From an uncultured virus (IMG/VR IMGVR_UViG_3300011906_000002) (lineage: Duplodnaviria; Heunggongvirae; Uroviricota; Caudoviricetes): a stretch of DNA of 64,000 bases. The stretch spans positions 124,001 to 188,000 of the IMG/VR virus record IMGVR_UViG_3300011906_000002; one strand, given 5' to 3'. Below, piece after piece: positions 9,450-16,531 of the stretch (position 1 is its first letter; every line of letters starts with the position of its first letter). The notes below the pieces were generated by a model. That model had not been told where the DNA came from. It ran no database searches and worked only from the letters and a program-made list of their open reading frames with translations. Made by a program: the position numbers and the translations under genes.

Positions 9450-9665
9450 GTGACGCAAGAGCAAAAAGAGTATGTGGTGCTGCGGGTGATCTTCGTAGGT
9501 TTTGCTACGTTGATCGGTTTTGCCATCGGGATGTTGTTCTCGTGGCCTGCGGCAGTGGGACTGGCAATCTTCCAGTTCGTGTTGTGTATGGGGTTGACGC
9601 GAAAACGCATTGCGTTCAGTGAACGCTATCCATATGAGGAAGTAACCACATGCTCCGCCCAATAA
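9450..9665 (+). CDS. Small membrane protein
   Basis: Two hydrophobic segments in 71 aa. Confidence 0.7.
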   Translation: MTQEQKEYVVLRVIFVGFATLIGFAIGMLFSWPAAVGLAIFQFVLCMGLTRKRIAFSERYPYEEVTTCSAQ

Positions 9666-9811
9666 GGCTGAGTGAGTTGAAGCTACCACCACCAGACCCT
9701 AATGCTCGACAAAAGAGCCTGGATGCGGTTAAAGAGTTTCGACAAGCCCAAGCTGAATTGGAAAAACGGTGCGAAGAGTTGGGCATCCCGGTTCCCGAGA
9801 TGGTCTGCTAA
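9650..9811 (+). CDS. 53-aa hypothetical protein (below the ORF-track cutoff)
   Basis: GAGGA RBS, then MLRPIRLSELKLPPPDPNARQKSLDAVKEFRQAQAELEKRCEELGIPVPEMVC*. Confidence 0.65.
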   Translation: MLRPIRLSELKLPPPDPNARQKSLDAVKEFRQAQAELEKRCEELGIPVPEMVC

Positions 9812-10262
9812 AGGTTTTGGTGGGGTTGGAGCCTAGAGCGATACCTTTTCCTGGTCGCTCTACCAGCCCACCATTTTAAATAAGGGGCTTTGTATAAGGG
9901 TCTTGATTATCGGTGGTATGGGTGCATTGGTGTTGGCGCACTTATTGAATCATGGAATCCCGGCGGGGGTTGAAGTTCAGGGTGTGGATGCCGGCTACTA
10001 TACTACCGCCGACGGCTGGTCGCAGCAGGCTTACGCTTTGCGGACATTCGAACACGAGGAGGCCACACGAGAAGGAATTGATTTCCTCCGTGCACGCGCA
10101 GCTTACGGGTTCGGACTGTCTGGGAGTTGGCCTAGGCGACACTACATTGCAGGGGCGTCGAGCCACACCCATAGGGCGGGTGTAAGGTTCAGACGTCTCC
10201 TATTTCTCATTAACCGTTCATGTGAGTCTTAAAGGAATCTTTTTCTTTCTGCTTCTCTACAT

Positions 10263-10697
10263 GCTGGCCCTTTGCTATGAATGGCAACTGTGGCTGGCGC
10301 TGGCGGTCAACGGAGCGTCTATCTTAGAACTTAGACTGAGGGTAAGTCCGCACCCTGAGAGTTTGCGGCATAAAACCTTCCCCGTGTTCGCAGGGCCCAG
10401 GACCCTGTCTTAAGATAGAAGCGCCTATTGACGCGCTATATATATGAACCGATTAAGTTCGGCATTAAGGGTTTGCCAACCCAGCAGTCGTTAATAGTAA
10501 CACACCTAGGACGAACGGCCTCTATCAGCTGTCCACCCCCCTAGGGTTTGCTTGATAGCTTCAAAAGCAGTAAAGAACACCCCCCTCGGCCGCAGCCCAG
10601 GCATCGTACAATGGTCACTTCCCATGGCGGGAGTTGGTGACGCGGAGTCGATTAGACCTGACTCGAGTCGAGACGGGGGCGTTTCCTACTTATGCCG
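10263..10697 (+). ncRNA. Putative large structured non-coding RNA (about 435 nt)
   Basis: Many nested helices, e.g. TCTATCTTA 10318-26/TAAGATAGA 10411-19 and CCCCC-CTCGGC 10580-90/GTCGAG-GGGGG 10667-79; G-U pairs favour the + strand; no credible ORF. Confidence 0.55.
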
Positions 10698-10698
10698 T

Positions 10699-11310
10699 CT
10701 AATTGATTTTGCCTCGTCTTACAAATTTCAGCAGCTTAGAGCGTACCAGGTCGTAAGGCCGAATGGTGCTACCTATTCTGCCTTTAAGGAGTTCTATGCC
10801 GCCAAAGCGCAGGACCTCAACGATGAACTCAGAACAGATAGAGATCTGACCATCGGTTGAGGAGAAGATGTTCTTACGAAAGATGGCGTTAAAGAGTCCC
10901 AAGTGGTTGTAACGAGTCTGGTCAGGGTTTGCAGCCAGAAACTCCACGCGCTCCTTGATTTGATCGAACGCTGCGTCTGTTACTTTTAACTCGTAAAGCG
11001 AATAAAATGAACCGAACAGATTTGCGCGGTCTTCCACCATGAAACCACCCTTAACGGAACTGATGCCGTTGTTAAGCGCGTAGGTATAGATGGGGTCGTC
11101 GAAACTGTCGGTGAGCATCAAGGATACGTGGTTATACGGATCGCCTGTGATCAGTCGGCTGACTTTGCTAAACTGGGTCTTGGTGTCTGTTAGCAATACG
11201 TAGATTGATTTGGCGTCGCGGTTCTTAGCCGCATTGACCAACTCTATGCCCTCTTCACTGTAGACCAGGCCCAGACCTGGCTCAATGAGGGCAGATAACT
11301 TCGCCGCCAT
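10699..11310 (-). CDS. Permuted papain-like (NlpC/P60, YiiX/YebB-type) amidase
   Basis: PYNHVSL (His) precedes SICSEFIVEVL (Cys); RYNHLGL and IRPYDL motifs. Confidence 0.75.
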   Translation of the reverse strand: MAAKLSALIEPGLGLVYSEEGIELVNAAKNRDAKSIYVLLTDTKTQFSKVSRLITGDPYNHVSLMLTDSFDDPIYTYALNNGISSVKGGFMVEDRANLFGSFYSLYELKVTDAAFDQIKERVEFLAANPDQTRYNHLGLFNAIFRKNIFSSTDGQISICSEFIVEVLRFGGIELLKGRIGSTIRPYDLVRSKLLKFVRRGKIN

Positions 11311-11367
11311 GGAGTGACGCTCCTGTAGTGGGTGAGTAGAAGTGATAAACTTAAAGAAGTAGCCAAC

Positions 11368-11745
11368 ATGAAATCTTACAAGGTTGTAGTACCTTTAGTG
11401 ATCTACCTCATCATAGCAGTAGGGATGCTGGGGATATATAAATGGGTAGGCGATCGCACTACCTACATGATCGCGATGGCATGGACTTTCTATGCAGGCT
11501 TTAGGGCGTTATATCTAACGGTGTTGGGGGGAAAAGCCGCTGAGCAGATGTTGGTTGGAAATTATAATCAACAAAGCTTAGTGTTCATGACCATTGTGGT
11601 GGGTGTCATCCCTTTCCTGTTCCTAGGATGGATGGGTCCTCTGGCGTTCGGGTGCGTAAGCTTTGCATTCGAATACCAATCCTACCTGATTATCCGGAAA
11701 TATACGTGGAGTAAAAACCATGGTAGACATTACCATCAACGCTGA
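11368..11745 (+). CDS. Membrane protein (about 4 TM helices)
   Basis: Four hydrophobic stretches. Confidence 0.7.
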   Translation: MKSYKVVVPLVIYLIIAVGMLGIYKWVGDRTTYMIAMAWTFYAGFRALYLTVLGGKAAEQMLVGNYNQQSLVFMTIVVGVIPFLFLGWMGPLAFGCVSFAFEYQSYLIIRKYTWSKNHGRHYHQR

Positions 11746-12142
11746 CCACTCGTTTGTTAAGTTGAACAACGGCAACACCATCGAGCACGATGAAGAAGGG
11801 ACTGTGTTCATTCGCAACATCTCCCCACAAACTGACGACCCTGCCCGTACCCATACCCACTACGCTAACATCCAGTGCCTGGCTAACGAAGGGGCGCAGA
11901 TGATCGAGCTGATTCGACAGGGTATTGAGACCGGTCATTGGGAAGGGCGTTCACGCCATGCGTTGGTACGTTCCGGTACACCGGGGTGCTACCGTTACTT
12001 CCCTGTCCCTCTGCTCTTTGAGAAGGATGAGACTATTCGCAAGTCCAGCCAAGAAGCCGGACAGCACACCCACCCAGACGGTTGGTACAAGTATCGCCGT
12101 AACTTGGTGTCGCAACTCGTTGGCCTACCTCAGATACCTTGA
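11720..12142 (+). CDS. Hypothetical protein
   Basis: 140-aa ORF, GGAG RBS, followed by a terminator. Confidence 0.8.
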   Translation: MVDITINADHSFVKLNNGNTIEHDEEGTVFIRNISPQTDDPARTHTHYANIQCLANEGAQMIELIRQGIETGHWEGRSRHALVRSGTPGCYRYFPVPLLFEKDETIRKSSQEAGQHTHPDGWYKYRRNLVSQLVGLPQIP

Positions 12143-12158
12143 GGTGGGGCTTTACTTT

Positions 12159-12184
12159 AGGAGGCTTCGGCCTCCTTTTTTTTT
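12159..12184 (+). terminator. Intrinsic terminator
   Basis: AGGAGGC-TTCG-GCCTCCT plus T tract. Confidence 0.9.
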
Positions 12185-12207
12185 CGCTGGGGTTTACACT
12201 ATAATAT

Positions 12208-12651
12208 GCGATTTAGTGTCACTGGTAAAAAATCCGTTGCTTTCACGGTCAATGGATTAACACCGATGTCGGTCTGTTGAGCATTGTCTATGGCAGTGCA
12301 CTGGTTGTCCAGATAGCTGAGTTATGGGTCTCGGTGAAAGAGTAGTCAGATTCGTATTGAGGTGACCCGGATTCTGCCACCGTTCATTTGTTTGTTTGCG
12401 CACGGTGGAGCGAGCAGAATTATTACATTCCGTAGGTCGGGGTAGCGGTTTAACAGTGGACAGGAGCGGTCGGATTGTGCTCTGGCGTGGCAACGACTCG
12501 GGAACGGCACCACGCCGTACAGAGAGTGCCGCTGGTGGGCATCGGAGTTGCTAAAGGGGAAACCTCGGTGCGTCACCAGGATGGTTGCCCTGTCCCTTTC
12601 CACCCTGGGGGTGGGGTGTAGAAGGAGGACTTCGGTCCTCCTTCTATGCCG
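12208..12651 (+). ncRNA. Putative large structured non-coding RNA (about 440 nt)
   Basis: Follows a terminator; TATG at 12205-08; at least 9 helices with + strand G-U pairs; ends in a 12-bp UUCG hairpin plus TATGCCG; no credible ORF. Confidence 0.65.
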
Positions 12652-12773
12652 CCATTCAACCATAGTTCTAAAAACGCATAGGAAGCTCGTGACAAGGTTT
12701 TCGTCTGTTAAACAATACCTACCCGCGTATTTTATAGAGAGCTTGTCTGGCGCATCCTAAGATGTTTCAGACC

Positions 12774-12790
12774 TATATCATCTTAGTGAA
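12774..12790 (+). promoter_or_regulatory. Early promoter variant
   Basis: TTTCAGACC-TATATCATCTTAGTGAA. Confidence 0.6.
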
Positions 12791-12822
12791 GTGGTAGACC
12801 CCTTTAAAGAAAGGATTAAACT

Positions 12823-13344
12823 GTGAAATATGTCATACCCACCCGTGATTGGGTTGAGTTCCTTAAAATGCGTTTGACTGACATCATCAGTGAAGGTCAG
12901 ATCCCGAAAGAAGAACTGCGTTTTAGTGACTCTGTTTGTATCCACGTGGTGCGGCATCTTCTGATCATGCGCCTGCGCGACATGATGTTTTGGTTCCATG
13001 ATGAACTGGAACTGAAGCTGGCTGACCCCACGGATTTGCTGATGACCATGGTAGTGGAAGAAGAAGAAGGTTTGATCGCCAGGATCTTCCCAGCCTTTGT
13101 CAATGTAGTGGGTGAAACACGCAATGTTAACTCAGTACTTGAGACCTGGGGCGACCTTTTGGAAGACGAGGTAATCGATCCACTGGACCGGTGCATCTTG
13201 GACTACCTGACTACCACGCTGTCAATCGAACCGACCTGGGACCATTGTACAGTTAAACAATTGGGCAACAGCTACATTATCACTCGCGGGGAAGACTACC
13301 GTGCATTATTCTGGGACAAGTACCGAAACACCGTCAAGCCCTAG
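12823..13344 (+). CDS. Hypothetical protein
   Basis: 173-aa ORF, AAGGA RBS, first gene of a tightly coupled operon. Confidence 0.8.
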   Translation: MKYVIPTRDWVEFLKMRLTDIISEGQIPKEELRFSDSVCIHVVRHLLIMRLRDMMFWFHDELELKLADPTDLLMTMVVEEEEGLIARIFPAFVNVVGETRNVNSVLETWGDLLEDEVIDPLDRCILDYLTTTLSIEPTWDHCTVKQLGNSYIITRGEDYRALFWDKYRNTVKP

Positions 13345-13801
13345 ACGGGTGGTGGTGGAAACCTCACGGGTGTTGGGGTTCATGGAAACAGCGCTAAACG
13401 ATCACTTCGGTGCAGCAGCTCAGTATCTGAACCTACAGTCGATCCTCTACCAACTGGTGGAGAACCGTATTAGTGGGAATGTGATGGCCTCGTGTGAGGT
13501 GATCAAGAAACTAATTGGTGAATACGGGTTGGATGAAACCTTGTTGGACGAGGTCTTTGACGCAGTGCGCGATCAGATGAACCAAGTCTTTAACCTGTCC
13601 TTCCCTTATGACATCAGCGAGTACGTGTGTAACTTCCGTTTGATTAGCCGAGGTGATACCTTGGTTGAAATCTTGCGTGAGCATGACGAACCGAGTGCAG
13701 TGCATTTGGAAGATCGTGTCCACGAATACTTAGAAGAAGCAGACGAGAACTTCGACTACGTCCCCGAACGTGTACGCCGAGCCTTGGAAGCAATGCGATG
13801 A
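13301..13801 (+). CDS. Hypothetical protein (start uncertain)
   Basis: 166-aa acidic ORF overlapping both neighbours. Confidence 0.75.
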   Translation: MHYSGTSTETPSSPRRVVVETSRVLGFMETALNDHFGAAAQYLNLQSILYQLVENRISGNVMASCEVIKKLIGEYGLDETLLDEVFDAVRDQMNQVFNLSFPYDISEYVCNFRLISRGDTLVEILREHDEPSAVHLEDRVHEYLEEADENFDYVPERVRRALEAMR

Positions 13802-14169
13802 GCCCTGTGGTGGTACTGGCCCTCCCGACCAGTGAACTGCCACAGGCTTCCCCTAAACTACTGACGTACCTTTGTGAGTCGTCAGAAAGCTTGCGTTGGT
13901 TGGCTGTAGAGATACTCGGTAATCGAGGCGATGGTCATCATCAAGAAGACCTGTTTTACGAACGGGTGTTAGGCGATGAAGGGGTGCAGTATACAGAGAC
14001 TGTCACCATGTTGCATCAAGACTACCTCGATTACCTGAACTCAGTTGAACAGGTGTTGTTCCAGTACCTAGGAAAGCACCTTAGTAATTGCTGGTTTAGG
14101 AGTGTCGCACAATCACACGCAGTCCTTGTTGTGGAATGTCATTATGATCCTATTGATCCCCCTGAATGA
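13798..14169 (+). CDS. Hypothetical protein
   Basis: ATGA overlap coupling. Confidence 0.75.
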   Translation: MSPVVVLALPTSELPQASPKLLTYLCESSESLRWLAVEILGNRGDGHHQEDLFYERVLGDEGVQYTETVTMLHQDYLDYLNSVEQVLFQYLGKHLSNCWFRSVAQSHAVLVVECHYDPIDPPE

Positions 14170-14560
14170 CTTGTTTGAAAATTACCGCCACATCGAGCCG
14201 CATCTACACGAGAACAAAACCTCACTCAAGGAGTTTGCCGAAGCCTCGGTGGCCATCCTAGATAAGGTTGAGTTGGCCGATAGCCGTAACTACAGCAGCA
14301 ACCCCGAGTACTACCTAGACTACACTAACCCCCTTGCCGAGTTTGAACAAAAAATACAAGGGGCCAATCCAACGAATTGTTATGAAGATATGAATGCAGC
14401 TCTGGTTCATCATCAACTTACAGCGTTGGCTTTAGAAGTGTATTATGAGCTAGTAAACTCCTTAGCGGTTTACAAAATCGTCGATCATCCAGCATTGTTT
14501 CGCGCTGTGGTGGGTTGGCGCGGTCAGAATATGCTACTCAAAGTCTACCGCAGATTCTAG
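14144..14560 (+). CDS. Hypothetical protein
   Basis: ATG 14144 in frame with track ORF 14102. Confidence 0.75.
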   Translation: MILLIPLNDLFENYRHIEPHLHENKTSLKEFAEASVAILDKVELADSRNYSSNPEYYLDYTNPLAEFEQKIQGANPTNCYEDMNAALVHHQLTALALEVYYELVNSLAVYKIVDHPALFRAVVGWRGQNMLLKVYRRF

Positions 14561-14598
14561 GGGGCTCCGGCCCTCTAGTATGCCGGAGATTTTTACTA

Positions 14599-15015
14599 AT
14601 GAACCTAGTCATTGACTTGCGTGATGCGATATCGGATTTCACGGGAGCAACACAAGCCATGACTAACATGGACTACGACATTGCTGAGATCGTAGTCAGT
14701 CTCACCGACATCATGTTGCACCGTTATGATCCTATGGCGGTTAATAGTTACGTGTTCTCCTATCAGGTGTATGGACAATCACCAACCACCACTAATAATG
14801 ACGGCATGATCTTGTCTACGGCAATTTCTATGTTCGCCAACCACATACAAAACCAATTGTCAACAATGCTGGTGTATACCTCAGATGGCCAGAGCTTGTT
14901 TCAACTGGACCGCTTTGAGAGGGAACTTCTGGTGTTGAAACCTAAACTGCTGGGTGGTCCCAGTCTCAAGGTTCGTCCCAATCATGAAACTAATCAACGT
15001 CTCGACCACCTCTGA
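14599..15015 (+). CDS. Hypothetical protein
   Basis: GGAG RBS before ATG 14599. Confidence 0.75.
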   Translation: MNLVIDLRDAISDFTGATQAMTNMDYDIAEIVVSLTDIMLHRYDPMAVNSYVFSYQVYGQSPTTTNNDGMILSTAISMFANHIQNQLSTMLVYTSDGQSLFQLDRFERELLVLKPKLLGGPSLKVRPNHETNQRLDHL

Positions 15016-15388
15016 GGACATCGCAGACGCTTTGCGCCTGGTGGCGTCTCATCTGGATCAGCATGACTCCGTTGATGCGCCTTGCTTAAGCCTGGCAGTT
15101 AAACGGCTGTTAAGTTACATCATCCAATCCATCTACGAAGCCATTGACCCATTTGATGAACCGGTCATGGCAGGTGAGGTGGAACAGTTTGACGCGGAGC
15201 TGCTCGATCAAGTGATCTTGCATGTCCAACGTTTAGCCGAAGACCCGCTGCTCAAACCCCTGTTGCTTCAGGGTAAGATCCGCGACATCACTTTCCTTAA
15301 TGATGAAGGCATGGTCCTTATCGAACTGGAGTCCAAATACCATGGCCACGCAAGATCAATTCCCACTCTCAAAGCAAGTTTCTTTTGA
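14984..15388 (+). CDS. Hypothetical protein
   Basis: AAGG RBS, ATG 14984. Confidence 0.75.
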   Translation: MKLINVSTTSEDIADALRLVASHLDQHDSVDAPCLSLAVKRLLSYIIQSIYEAIDPFDEPVMAGEVEQFDAELLDQVILHVQRLAEDPLLKPLLLQGKIRDITFLNDEGMVLIELESKYHGHARSIPTLKASFF

Positions 15389-15761
15389 AGTCTATCCCAG
15401 TCTGATTCTGGGTAACAACTTCAAGAATGTCAAGGTGATGGGTATCGTTGATGCGGACACTGCTCGCATGCTGGGTCTGGATGCTGCGGCAATGCACGCC
15501 AACGTTTATCCGACCTTGCCAGCGGGAACCGTCGATGCGTATGACGAATACCTCTACGTCCGGGTGAAGAACAGCAATGGACAACAATCCATTCTGGGAT
15601 TACCGTGGATCAAGGCTTCTTCAGTCACGGTGTTGGATTATACCAACCTGATGGTTCGCATCGGGAACGTCAATCCGGGTGAGGCTGAAAAGGTTCTGCA
15701 GGCTTTGGCGGCCAACGGATTCAACCAAGTAGAAATCGTAAAGCAGTCTTCCGTTATTTAA
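15342..15761 (+). CDS. Conserved phiKZ-like protein (probably gp49-like)
   Basis: GGAG RBS; H.NVYP.LP.G and GLPWIK motifs; lies upstream of the DNA polymerase. Confidence 0.6.
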   Translation: MATQDQFPLSKQVSFEVYPSLILGNNFKNVKVMGIVDADTARMLGLDAAAMHANVYPTLPAGTVDAYDEYLYVRVKNSNGQQSILGLPWIKASSVTVLDYTNLMVRIGNVNPGEAEKVLQALAANGFNQVEIVKQSSVI

Positions 15762-15846
15762 TGACGTTCGACTGATAGGCAGTCGCACTCAAGCTCACGC
15801 TTGAGTGCACTGTCTTCTTTCTTTTTTCTATTTTTTGGGTGGTTCC

Positions 15847-16437
15847 ATGTTGAAACTACGGCGCCTTGTAATTAGCTTGGAGGAACTCGCAGAAAGCGAA
15901 GGTAAGGCCAAGCAAGAAATCGAGTACACCTTCTTTGCTCGTGTAGAGAACTTTGACTGGCTCAACGCTGAACTCCTCAAAGAGCAGCAAGAGCAGGCTG
16001 AGATCCACGTGGACAAGGGTGAGAAAGGCTTTGGTCAGATTCGGGTGCGGGCAGTTAATGACCGTGACTATGAACTGTGTCTGAAGTTCAAGACCCCAGG
16101 TGAGTTGGGTAAGAAAGAAGCAGAGACGCGTGTCACCCAAGACATGTTCGAACTCATGTTGTTGATGGCACCCCACTCGCTGCGCAAGAAGCGTTACTGT
16201 TACCCCATCGAAGGCACCGACTACCAGTGGGAAGTGGATGTCTTTGAAAATGCCGAGGGTAAGCCTTACGACTGGATCAAGATTGATCTGGAAGTTAAGA
16301 TCGAAGACAAGGACATGGAAATTCCACCCTTGCCTATCCCAACGGTTGAGACCATCATGAGTCAGTCCTCCCAACGTACTCCTGAAGAGTACAAGAAGGT
16401 GGGTGAGCTGTTCGAGGAGTGGGCGATCAAACGCTAA
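15847..16437 (+). CDS. CYTH/triphosphate-tunnel-like enzyme
   Basis: EIEYTFF (ExExKF-like), IRVR, KKRY, WEVDVF motifs; N-terminal ISLEE. Confidence 0.8.
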   Translation: MLKLRRLVISLEELAESEGKAKQEIEYTFFARVENFDWLNAELLKEQQEQAEIHVDKGEKGFGQIRVRAVNDRDYELCLKFKTPGELGKKEAETRVTQDMFELMLLMAPHSLRKKRYCYPIEGTDYQWEVDVFENAEGKPYDWIKIDLEVKIEDKDMEIPPLPIPTVETIMSQSSQRTPEEYKKVGELFEEWAIKR

Positions 16438-16531
16438 AAAAGCTACCCCGCCTTCGGGCGGGTGTATGCCCCCTGTAAATAAATCTTAGTTTGACCTATC
16501 TGATAAGAGCGAGCTAAAACAGGTAACCGTC

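Noticed and set aside
9883..10205. tmRNA-like look (GGGGCT start, GGTTC near 10186)
   Set aside because: No acceptor stem or CCA end, no proper T-arm, and no tag ORF ending in AA-stop
10336..10376. RNase P-like GAGGGTAAGTCCG and hammerhead-like CTGAGAG
   Set aside because: No matching 3' P4 strand found; hammerhead core CUGANGA...GAAA is not satisfied
10180..10430. Group I intron-like GTTCAGA segment
   Set aside because: No flanking split gene and no convincing R/S (P7) pair identified by eye
12257..12760. Short ORFs 12257..12493, 12346..12663 and 12548..12760
   Set aside because: Non-ATG or weak starts, no RBS, atypical composition; region is better explained by RNA structure
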